From NCBI GenBank assembly GCA_026395515.1, contig JAPLYN010000005.1:111521-175520 (forward strand): a stretch of 64,000 bases of DNA, written 5' to 3'. Source of the DNA: Candidatus Peregrinibacteria bacterium. Lineage in GTDB: Bacteria; Patescibacteriota; Gracilibacteria; UBA1369; LOWO2-01-FULL-3. The notes beneath the pieces are model-generated. The model saw nothing but the letters and a program-made list of their open reading frames with translations. It was not told the origin of the DNA and made no database searches. Shown piece by piece: positions 35,488-44,240 of the stretch (position 1 is the first letter of the stretch; the number at the start of each line of letters is the position of its first letter). Both the position numbers and the translations under genes were made by a program.

Positions 35488-37614
35488 CTATCTACACTTC
35501 TTCTTAGAAACAAAATTATAACAAGCACCGCCCATTACAGATAGAATCACCAACCAGAACATTTCTGGACCAGTCTTGCTCGTACCACCCTTTAAATTCT
35601 TAATTTCAGCCTTTCCAGCGCTTCCATTTTGAACAGCAGGAGGTTGAACTACATTAACCACTCCACCAACAACTGCATTTGCAATCTTATCAAAACCGTC
35701 GCTAATATTTCCCTTAGCATCTACGGCAGCCACTGCAAAGTAATACTCAGTTCCATTCTTTAAACCAGGAATATACCAAGTAGTAGCATTAGTGAAAGTA
35801 TCTACAGCATTCACTAGAGAATTAGGAGAAGTACCATAATAAATACGATAATTTTTCACAGGATTAAGCAAAGAAGCAGGAGCAGACCAATTAAGAATGA
35901 CTCTACTGTCAGCTGGCTTAGCCACTAGACCCAAAACTTTTTCAGGTTTTGAAATTTGTACAGCACCCAATTTACCAACTTGAATAGATTTATCATCGGA
36001 TTTAGTTTCAACACCCAAATCGCTAACGAAACTAAAGCTCAATTTATAAGTACCGAAATCTATAGGAGCGTTAAATTTACCTTCATAATAACCAGCGGGA
36101 TTTTTTTCCAAAGTATAAACATTTCCAGAAACTACCACCTGAGCCTTGGACAAAGTATCACCAGTATAAGCTTTTACATTTATTGAAGTTCCTGGATCCA
36201 CTGGACCGGCAGGATCCACTACTATCTGTGAAACTTTAGACCCTTTAGTAAGAATAGAAAACTCAACAGCAGGACTATTACTAACTACAGTACCAATATC
36301 ATTTACTACAGCCACATACATCTTATGAATACCATCTGCCAATAAACTTGTTGTATAAGAAAATTTACCAGAAGAATCGGCTACGATAGACGACATCTCA
36401 ACATTATTATCAAAAATTTTTAATTTAGCACTTGCCGGAGCAGTACCGCTTACAACTTGTACGTTTGTACTAAAAGTACCAGGCAAAGGACTAATAAGAA
36501 CAACAGTAGAAGATGAAACTGGATTAGCACCAGAATTATCACCAGCCGAAACAGTTATAGACTTAGTTCCATAAGCACCTACATTAGCCAAATCAGTAAC
36601 TTTAAGATTATAGACACCTGGTTGTTTAAAGTTGAAAGCTAAACTAAATACACGTGAACCCTGATCAGATACTCCAAAAGTATAATCATCAGGAAGTGTA
36701 GCAAAACCAGCATTTGATCCATCTACACTAAATCGAACCTTGCCAGAATAATTTGAAACCAATTGGCTAGCAGCATCATAAGCACTTAACTTAATACTCA
36801 CACTTTGATTTGCTGTAACATTCGCAGGAACCTCTTGAAATTCAAAATGATCTACAGCACCAGAAGCATTACCTTCATTAGAGCTACCAAAAGCAGCCAT
36901 TCTAACTTTATTAGAAGTAAATAACTGATCAGCAGAGCTGAAATAAACAATTTTAGCTCGTGAAGTTAAAATTACATCCGAAGTAACATCATATACAGAA
37001 TAATTTACTAAACCAGTAGAACTTGGAATAATCCGGAAATTAACTTCTCCATTAACATTTGAAATATTAGTATTTCCTAAATAACTAATAGAATCAGAAT
37101 CGGAACTTGAAACCAATTTAACAATATGACCAGAAATTGGATTATTAAAATTATCTCTTAATTTTACAGTAAGATTAGCAACCTCAGAACCAGTATGAAC
37201 AACCTGATCTTTTGGAGAAAGCTCAGAGTTAGACATTGATAATTGACCTGCATTTATCTTGAAATAACTAGGAATCGCTTGCTGAGAACCTCCATCTACA
37301 GATAGTAAAAGAGTATATGTACCAGCAACTGAAGTGTAATAATCGGAAAGCTTCGAATAAGCTATACCAGAGTCATCTGCAATACCTTGAAATTGAAGCT
37401 GCTTACCACCAGGCTGAACTACAGTAAAAGTAGCTACAGAACCAACATTTAGCTTTGAAGTTCTCAAGATAGTAGGTGTACCAGCCACCGCATCCATACC
37501 ATAAGCCTGAACAGGCACAACAGTATAGTCTTGCACAGAAGAGGCAGACACAGCAGTAGAAACTACTCCGGCCGCGATAACTAAAAGCGATATTAATATT
37601 GTTTTTATTTTCAT
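35488..37614 (-). CDS. Surface-anchored adhesin-like protein: signal peptide, several Ig-like (Big) domains, FN3 domain, C-terminal TM anchor
   Basis: Signal MKIKTILISLLVIAAGVVSTAVSA. Repeated beta-rich Ig-like segments. FN3 (RVILNWSAP...YRIYYGTSP...EYYFAVAAVDAKGN). TM plus a KKKCR tail. Confidence 0.75.
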   Translation of the reverse strand: MKIKTILISLLVIAAGVVSTAVSASSVQDYTVVPVQAYGMDAVAGTPTILRTSKLNVGSVATFTVVQPGGKQLQFQGIADDSGIAYSKLSDYYTSVAGTYTLLLSVDGGSQQAIPSYFKINAGQLSMSNSELSPKDQVVHTGSEVANLTVKLRDNFNNPISGHIVKLVSSSDSDSISYLGNTNISNVNGEVNFRIIPSSTGLVNYSVYDVTSDVILTSRAKIVYFSSADQLFTSNKVRMAAFGSSNEGNASGAVDHFEFQEVPANVTANQSVSIKLSAYDAASQLVSNYSGKVRFSVDGSNAGFATLPDDYTFGVSDQGSRVFSLAFNFKQPGVYNLKVTDLANVGAYGTKSITVSAGDNSGANPVSSSTVVLISPLPGTFSTNVQVVSGTAPASAKLKIFDNNVEMSSIVADSSGKFSYTTSLLADGIHKMYVAVVNDIGTVVSNSPAVEFSILTKGSKVSQIVVDPAGPVDPGTSINVKAYTGDTLSKAQVVVSGNVYTLEKNPAGYYEGKFNAPIDFGTYKLSFSFVSDLGVETKSDDKSIQVGKLGAVQISKPEKVLGLVAKPADSRVILNWSAPASLLNPVKNYRIYYGTSPNSLVNAVDTFTNATTWYIPGLKNGTEYYFAVAAVDAKGNISDGFDKIANAVVGGVVNVVQPPAVQNGSAGKAEIKNLKGGTSKTGPEMFWLVILSVMGGACYNFVSKKKCR

Positions 37615-37707
37615 TTTGTTTTTTGTATCTCATTATTCTACCCCATTTTGCCAAAATCAGCAATGAGGCCAAACACAAGTAGGATACACGTCAAGTCAAT
37701 AAACCAA

Positions 37708-37735
37708 TTGAAAAATTAGCCGTTTTTGGTAGTAT
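37708..37735 (+). promoter_or_regulatory. Candidate promoter of the PKD-7TM/ATP-grasp operon
   Basis: TTGAAA (37708-37713), a 16-nt spacer ending in TGG, then TAGTAT (37730-37735); 24 nt before the ATG at 37760. Confidence 0.4.
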
Positions 37736-37759
37736 ATACAGGAAGAAATTTAAAATCAT

Positions 37760-39298
37760 ATGAAAAAAATAATAAACAGCGTCGTAGCATTGCTTTTTTG
37801 CCTTACCCTAAGTGCACCAATTGCCTTCGCGGAAACGCAACAATCAGATTATCTAAGGCCTGTAATAAACCTTCCTAATGCCGTAGAGGTAAAGAAAAGT
37901 ACTATTTTTGATGCTTCCCAATCATATATATCAGAAGGAATAAAGAACGTTAAATATGAGTGGGATTTTGGTGACGGAAATCGCAATGAAGGGGTGGAAG
38001 TACTCCATTCTTTCAAAGAGCCAGGATACTACGACGTAAAATTAACTATAACCGATGGTAGAAACAAATCAGATGCAAAGGTAAAAGTCTTCGGCTACAG
38101 AAAACTAATAATCTTAATTACAGATCAAACTGAGAATAAAGATAGAATTCAAATTATTCAAAATTACGCAGAAAAAAAAGGTGTTTACCTTAAAATAATA
38201 GACAGTTATGGCAGCAGTACCGAGTTCATTTCAGAGGAAATTCTCACAAAAAAACTTACGGAAGCCATGGAAGATCTCCAAAAAGCAAAGCAAATCGCCA
38301 TTTGGAGTAAAGAAAACTCAGGACTAAATGCCATTTCCCGTTTCATACAAAATAATACCGGTAAAATTGCTAGTGATTTCAGCCAAAAAACATTAATAGT
38401 CCTAGACAACGCAGTAGAAAGTAAGATTGAACGTACTCAACGCCAATTCAACCTCATTAAACCTAAAACAATAATTGTAACCAAAGAAGGAGCAATTGAT
38501 GCCTTGATTGAAAGTTTATCCGAAGACGAATTTATTAATAGCCTTAAAGAAAGAGGAAGCGTTTACCAGATAGTAGATTCAAAAAGTGGTAAATTATTAC
38601 CTTGGAATTTCATGAGCTACTTCGTTAACGCTCTAGTCAACAACGGCATTCCAGATAATACAATTGCCCTTCTTCTACTACTACCAGTGATTGCAACAGT
38701 AGTAGCCGTAATGAGACAAGTCGTAGGAATCACAACCTTTGGTATATACACTCCTACCATCATGACCCTCTCTTTCTTGATAATAGGAATACAGGCCGGA
38801 CTCCTCACACTACTCGTAGCGATTCTAGTAGGAATAGCCGCCAAGCCACTATTGAAAAAGGCCAGAATGCTATTTATCCCCAAAATGGCCATAGTTCTAA
38901 CAATCGTAACTCTCGCTTTATTTTTAATTTTAATTTCCGCAAATTACTTCGGATTTTTCAATGCTCAGTTCCTTTCAATTGCCATCTTCCCGATGCTAAT
39001 TTTAAGCACCTTAGTTGAAAAATTCATTACAGCAAGAACCGAAAACGGACTCTCCTCAGCAGCAGTCTTAATGTTTGAAACACTCATCGTAGCAATCATT
39101 GCCTACTTTATTGCTGGAGGAGAAATAGATCTTGGATTCACAGTAATAAAATTGGAATTCGTAAAAAGAATGATGCTCACATATCCAGAATTAGTTTTTC
39201 TCTTAATATTTGCTGACGTACTTCTAGGAAAGTGGACAGGATTAAGAGTTCTAGAGCGCATTCGTTTTAGAGAAATATTACGTCATATTGAAGAATAA
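37760..39298 (+). CDS. Membrane protein: signal peptide, extracellular PKD domain plus unknown domain, C-terminal 7-TM module of the '7TM usually fused to inactive transglutaminase' type
   Basis: PKD signature YEWDFGDGNRNEGVEVLHSFKEPGYYDVKLTITDG. Seven hydrophobic helices from about aa 295. The C-terminal motif is GKWTGLRVLERIRFREIL. Confidence 0.65.
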   Translation: MKKIINSVVALLFCLTLSAPIAFAETQQSDYLRPVINLPNAVEVKKSTIFDASQSYISEGIKNVKYEWDFGDGNRNEGVEVLHSFKEPGYYDVKLTITDGRNKSDAKVKVFGYRKLIILITDQTENKDRIQIIQNYAEKKGVYLKIIDSYGSSTEFISEEILTKKLTEAMEDLQKAKQIAIWSKENSGLNAISRFIQNNTGKIASDFSQKTLIVLDNAVESKIERTQRQFNLIKPKTIIVTKEGAIDALIESLSEDEFINSLKERGSVYQIVDSKSGKLLPWNFMSYFVNALVNNGIPDNTIALLLLLPVIATVVAVMRQVVGITTFGIYTPTIMTLSFLIIGIQAGLLTLLVAILVGIAAKPLLKKARMLFIPKMAIVLTIVTLALFLILISANYFGFFNAQFLSIAIFPMLILSTLVEKFITARTENGLSSAAVLMFETLIVAIIAYFIAGGEIDLGFTVIKLEFVKRMMLTYPELVFLLIFADVLLGKWTGLRVLERIRFREILRHIEE

Positions 39299-39300
39299 AC

Positions 39301-41697
39301 ATGTTTCCATTTTTTTCTAATAAAGGAATTCTAGGCATCAATGCTAGAAATCTCCTCTACATGAGGCCATACAATCCTAAAAAGGCTGTAAAATTAGCCG
39401 ATGACAAAATCAAGACTAAACAATTTTTATCTGCCCGTGATATTCCAGTACCTAAACTTTACGGAATAATTAGAGACACTATAGAATTAGAAAAATTTGA
39501 TTTCAATGCTCTTCCAGACTCCTTCGCACTAAAACCAAACACAGGATACGGAGGTGAAGGAATCATCCCAGTGACAGAAGTGAAAGATGGATATTACTAT
39601 ACAGCCGGTGGAACCAAATTGAGTAAGGAAGAAATGAAAGACCACATCAGAGATATTTTAGACGGAAGGTTTTCCATTTCTAACGTAAGCGATTTTGCTT
39701 TCTTCGAACAGTATATTGAAGCAGATGAAAGAATAGGAAAATATTCCTACGAAGGACTTCCTGATATCAGAGTTATCGTCCACAATTTGATTCCTGTGAT
39801 GGCAATGCTCAGGCTTCCAACAAAAGAATCAAAGGGAAAAGCTAACCTACACATTGGAGCAGTAGGAATAGGTATAGACATAGCGAAAGGACAAACAACA
39901 CACATCTCATACAAAAATAGAATTATAGAAGAACTACCCGATGGTATGGGTAGTATAAAAGGATTAAATATTCCATTCTGGGATCAAATTCTCACAATCG
40001 CCTCCACAGTTCAACTTGTAACAAATTTGGGATACATGGCGGTAGATATATGTATAGATAAAAATACCGGTCCAGTACTTTTGGAAATAAATGCCAGAGC
40101 CGGACTAGGAGTTCAAATTGCAAATTTAGCACCACTTAGAAAACGTCTAGAAAGAATTGAAGGAGTAAAAGTTACCACTCCAGCAAAGGGAGTTAGAATA
40201 GCCAAGGACATGTTCGGAAATATAGTAGAAAAAGGAATCGCCCAAATTTCCGGTAAACAAGTAATAAGCATCAACGAGAAAATAGAAATAATTCAGAAAC
40301 AAAATACTATACAAATAGCTGCGAAAGTTGATACCGGTAAAAAAATAAGTATTTTAGATGAAGAGACAGCTATAAAATGTGGGCTTCTAGACAACGAAAA
40401 CGACTACGACGATGAAAAATCAACACTCAAGCTGAAATTTACACTTAAGGGAAAAAGAATTCATACGATTGTTGAAATAGAAAAAATTCCAAACAAAGAA
40501 TATAAAATAATTCTTGGGACAAGAGACCTACAAGAATTTTTAATAGACACAAATTTAAATCAAGAAAAGAAAGATCAAAAAAACAATAAGAACGAGAGCA
40601 CGAATTCAGAAAAAGAAGAGATTTTTAAAAAAATAAATTTCTTTGAAACTGATCAGCAAATAATAAATTTAGATAATAAAATTAAACTTCTTTATCACCT
40701 CAGACCAATCAATTTAGAAGAGGAGAAAAAGAAGTTTTTCAAAAACACCAACTACAATCCAGAATTCGAATATCCAACTATGAAGTTCAACGCAATAGAC
40801 ATACTGGACGAATTAGGAAAAATAGAAACGGATTCCTCAACCCTCGGTAAAATATACGAAGAGAAGAAAAAAGAAATTATCAAAAAAATTAATCTTCTTG
40901 AATCAATAGATGAAGAGAATTTTTCAAAATATTCAATAGAGCTATACGGTCAACCAACTGAGGAAGAATACGAAGAATGTAAGGAATTGATAAAAAAGAG
41001 TCCTTCATCTACAGAAGAGAAAGCCAATATTGACTCCGAACAAGCCAAAATGAAATTCGAAGAGGCATTTAAGAAATACGGACTAAGCAAATGGAAAGTA
41101 AAAATCAAAGAAGATTTAGTTTCTAATTGTGTGGCTGGTAAAAATAACAGTTTATTTATCAAAAGAAATGCCACATTTAGCGAAGATAGAATAGAAGAAC
41201 TCATTATCCATGAAATAGAGACACACATTCTCACAGCAGAAAATGGCAAAATGCAGCCATATGAAATATTAAATAGGGGATCCGCAAACTACTTAACAAC
41301 TCAAGAGGGACTCGCAATGTACAACGTAGAAAATCAAAGAAATAAAAAATTCACCGAGAATTCAAAAGCTCTTAGTCACGTAATAGCAATCTACGAGGCT
41401 ATGAACAGTAGTTTTAGCAAAGTTTATTCAAGATTAGTGAATCTAGGACTAACAAAGGAACAAGCCTTTAGATCAACAATCAAAGCAAAAAGGGGATTTA
41501 ACGACACAAGTAAACCAGGAGCATTCACCAAAGATTACCTCTACTTTAAAGGATATATTGAAGTTAAAGAATTCGTTAAAAACGGAGGAAAAATAGAAGA
41601 TTTATATCTTGGCAAATTCAATATAAAAGACCTGGAAACAATTAAAAGCATCAACGGTATCAAAGCCGCAAAACACCTTCCAAAGTGGCTTAAATAA
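39301..41697 (+). CDS. Fusion protein: RimK-related ATP-grasp amino-acid ligase + K/E/N-rich linker + DUF1704 (QEGLA-motif) metallocarboxypeptidase
   Basis: N-terminus ILGINARNLLYMRPYNPKKAVKLADDKIKTKQFL and LLEINARAGLGVQIAN (ATP-grasp). C-terminus HEIETH (41209-41226) and TTQEGLAMY (QEGLA at 41302-41316). Starts 2 nt after the upstream stop. Confidence 0.7.
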   Translation: MFPFFSNKGILGINARNLLYMRPYNPKKAVKLADDKIKTKQFLSARDIPVPKLYGIIRDTIELEKFDFNALPDSFALKPNTGYGGEGIIPVTEVKDGYYYTAGGTKLSKEEMKDHIRDILDGRFSISNVSDFAFFEQYIEADERIGKYSYEGLPDIRVIVHNLIPVMAMLRLPTKESKGKANLHIGAVGIGIDIAKGQTTHISYKNRIIEELPDGMGSIKGLNIPFWDQILTIASTVQLVTNLGYMAVDICIDKNTGPVLLEINARAGLGVQIANLAPLRKRLERIEGVKVTTPAKGVRIAKDMFGNIVEKGIAQISGKQVISINEKIEIIQKQNTIQIAAKVDTGKKISILDEETAIKCGLLDNENDYDDEKSTLKLKFTLKGKRIHTIVEIEKIPNKEYKIILGTRDLQEFLIDTNLNQEKKDQKNNKNESTNSEKEEIFKKINFFETDQQIINLDNKIKLLYHLRPINLEEEKKKFFKNTNYNPEFEYPTMKFNAIDILDELGKIETDSSTLGKIYEEKKKEIIKKINLLESIDEENFSKYSIELYGQPTEEEYEECKELIKKSPSSTEEKANIDSEQAKMKFEEAFKKYGLSKWKVKIKEDLVSNCVAGKNNSLFIKRNATFSEDRIEELIIHEIETHILTAENGKMQPYEILNRGSANYLTTQEGLAMYNVENQRNKKFTENSKALSHVIAIYEAMNSSFSKVYSRLVNLGLTKEQAFRSTIKAKRGFNDTSKPGAFTKDYLYFKGYIEVKEFVKNGGKIEDLYLGKFNIKDLETIKSINGIKAAKHLPKWLK

Positions 41698-42739
41698 TTA
41701 ACATCGCATCACCGAAGCTAAAAAATTTGTAACCTTCCTTCACCGCCATTTCATACAAAGAAAGTATTTTTTCAACAGGTTTTTTCACACCCTTAGCTTC
41801 CAAGAACGAAGACACCAACATAATCAAAGTACTTTTTGGTAAATGAAAATTTGTTATCAAAGAATCAACAACCTTCCATTCATAAGAACCTGGATAAATA
41901 AAGATATTTGTATTAGAAACACCAGGCACAAAAGAAGACTTGGCAGAATCAAAGGATGATTCCAACACTCTCACAGAAGTAGTACCGACAGCAATAATTC
42001 TCTTCTTTTGATCTATCGCACTATTAAGCTTACCAGAAACATCATTAGGCATTTCATATTCTTCAAAATGCATCTTGTGATCAGAGAGTTCTTCATCTAC
42101 TACAGGGGCAAAAGTACCAAGACCAATATGCAATATAACTTCCTCAATATCCACACCCAGTATTTTTAATTTAGAAAGAAGCTCTCTAGTAAAATGAAGA
42201 CCTGCAGTAGGGGCAGCTTTACTTCCTTCATTAGAGGCAAATACTGTCTGATAATCCTCGAAAACAGCCTTAGAATGCTTAATATAAGGTGGCAAAGGCA
42301 TTGATCCAAGCTTATGAATAACGGAATTTAAATCAACTCCGGAAAGTAAATTAAAAGATAAAACTCTTCTACCATCAGATAAAATCTCCAAAACAGTGCA
42401 TTCTAATTCTTCAGAAACTTTCACCGTAATTCCCAATTTAAAATTCCTAGCGGGTTTTAACAAAACTTCGTAGGTATTAAGAGAAAGCTGTTTAAGCAAA
42501 AAGATTTCTCTCAAAGAACCATTCACCCTAAACAAGATTCTAGCAGGTATAACCTTCGATTTATTCAAAACCAAAACATCATCATTGTTTAGGAATCTAG
42601 GCAAATCATAGAAATGACAATGCTCTACTGAATCTGTTTTCGAGTTATAAACCAAAAGACGACAAGCATCTCTAGGAACAGCTGGATCTTGAGCAATCAA
42701 AGACTCAGGTAAGTCATAATCAAAATCAGAAGTTTTCAT
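41690..42739 (-). CDS. queA: S-adenosylmethionine:tRNA ribosyltransferase-isomerase
   Basis: MKTSDFDYDLPESLIAQ, GTTSVRVLES, and FFSFGDAMLI at the C-terminus. The ATG at 42739 forms an ATGA overlap with the upstream stop (the listed 42748 is TTG). Confidence 0.9.
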   Translation of the reverse strand: MKTSDFDYDLPESLIAQDPAVPRDACRLLVYNSKTDSVEHCHFYDLPRFLNNDDVLVLNKSKVIPARILFRVNGSLREIFLLKQLSLNTYEVLLKPARNFKLGITVKVSEELECTVLEILSDGRRVLSFNLLSGVDLNSVIHKLGSMPLPPYIKHSKAVFEDYQTVFASNEGSKAAPTAGLHFTRELLSKLKILGVDIEEVILHIGLGTFAPVVDEELSDHKMHFEEYEMPNDVSGKLNSAIDQKKRIIAVGTTSVRVLESSFDSAKSSFVPGVSNTNIFIYPGSYEWKVVDSLITNFHLPKSTLIMLVSSFLEAKGVKKPVEKILSLYEMAVKEGYKFFSFGDAMLII

Positions 42740-43878
42740 GCAGACCAAGTAATAGATTGATCAGCCACGTCTGCACCTTGAGTTAAAGATTTATCACGTT
42801 TAATGACAATCAAAGACATATCATCATCTTGAACATGACCTTTAGCGAAAGTAGAAACATCCTGAGCGATGTGGTAATTAACACCTTCGGCAGAATATTG
42901 AGGAGCAAATTCTATTAAAGCATTCTTCAATCTTTCCAAACCATATAATTCACCTGCAGCATTTCTAGCTTCCGTAATTCCATCACTATAAACAACAACG
43001 AAATCACCATCATTCCAACTAATTTCTTGTTCTTTAATCAATTTAGAATTATCCGGAACCATACCCAAAGCTATACCACCGGACAAAATTGCATCACAAA
43101 CTCCAGTATCAACATGGTAAACCAAAATATGCTCATGACCAGCACCTACATAGGTAAGCTTTTGAGCTTTAACATCCCAAGAAAGCATTACCATTGTCAT
43201 ATACATCGCACGTTTGATATGACGCTTAATATAGCGATTCACACTTACAAGTATTTCATAGGCAGAGCTACATGAATCAGCAAAAACACTGATTAAAGAA
43301 GTTGCCATAGTCATAATTAAAGCAGCAGCCACTCCATGGCCTGTCACATCACCGATAAAGATATAAGTCTTATCCTTTGAAGTGATGAAATTGAAAATAT
43401 CGCCACCAACTTCTGAAGCAGGCTTATTTTTAGCAATCACTTGAAGACCTGAGATCTTAGGAGAACTTAAAGGTAAAATATCTCTTTGCAAACTAGATGC
43501 AATTGCCAATTCGTCTATCATCCTTTCTCTATCTTTAATATCAGAACTAACCTCACTAAATCCTTTAGTAACTTGATTAAAGAAATGGGCCAAAACTCCT
43601 ATTTCATCAATTCTATTAGTGTAAATTTTCTTATAAGGTTTTCCGGCCACCAATGCCTCCATTTGTTCCAAAATAACATCAAGGGGTTTTACAAATACAA
43701 GATAAGAAAACAGAGCAAAAATTAACAACAAAGACAGAGCAAAATAAACAAAATAATCAGTAGTAACAACTAAAGCTTTTGAACCAGAAAAATAGTACAA
43801 AACAGCTGCAGATACTCCTGAAACTAAAAACAGAAGTATAAGTAATTTTCTAACTAAACTGATTCTGAATAATTTCAT
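42736..43878 (-). CDS. Membrane-anchored HAMP + PP2C/SpoIIE-type serine phosphatase (RsbU/RsbP-like)
   Basis: Two N-terminal TM helices, HAMP (RIDEIGVLAHFFNQV), PP2C motifs GGDIFNF, GDVTGHGVAAALIM, YSDGITEA, DDMSLIVI. Confidence 0.85.
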   Translation of the reverse strand: MKLFRISLVRKLLILLFLVSGVSAAVLYYFSGSKALVVTTDYFVYFALSLLLIFALFSYLVFVKPLDVILEQMEALVAGKPYKKIYTNRIDEIGVLAHFFNQVTKGFSEVSSDIKDRERMIDELAIASSLQRDILPLSSPKISGLQVIAKNKPASEVGGDIFNFITSKDKTYIFIGDVTGHGVAAALIMTMATSLISVFADSCSSAYEILVSVNRYIKRHIKRAMYMTMVMLSWDVKAQKLTYVGAGHEHILVYHVDTGVCDAILSGGIALGMVPDNSKLIKEQEISWNDGDFVVVYSDGITEARNAAGELYGLERLKNALIEFAPQYSAEGVNYHIAQDVSTFAKGHVQDDDMSLIVIKRDKSLTQGADVADQSITWSA

Positions 43879-44237
43879 TTAGTCGCAGAGTTTAAATAAT
43901 CATTAAGAGAATCGAAAACCGGCACTATATCAGCAATACCAATAGCAGTAAAAATATCCTTAACATTTGCATTCAAACTGACTACAACCAATTTTCTATC
44001 ACGTTGAATCAAATGAGTGTGAACCTCCATCAAAAATCCAATGCCCTCACTATTAATATATTTCAATTTACCAAAATCAAAGATCAAAGACTTCAGCTCA
44101 AAAGCCTTCACGAAATTAGTTAATTCATCTTTGATTTCAGCAAAACCAGCTTTATCAAATTCACCATCAAAATCTACAACCTGTAAGTTTTGAGTTTTAT
44201 CAGCTTCCAAAAAGTTAATTTTTAAATTTGCATTCAT
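43875..44237 (-). CDS. STAS-domain anti-sigma-factor antagonist (SpoIIAA/RsbV-like)
   Basis: 120 aa with LKYINSEGIGFLME (phosphorylatable Ser context). ATGA overlap with the phosphatase gene. Confidence 0.8.
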   Translation of the reverse strand: MNANLKINFLEADKTQNLQVVDFDGEFDKAGFAEIKDELTNFVKAFELKSLIFDFGKLKYINSEGIGFLMEVHTHLIQRDRKLVVVSLNANVKDIFTAIGIADIVPVFDSLNDYLNSATK

Positions 44238-44240
44238 ATT

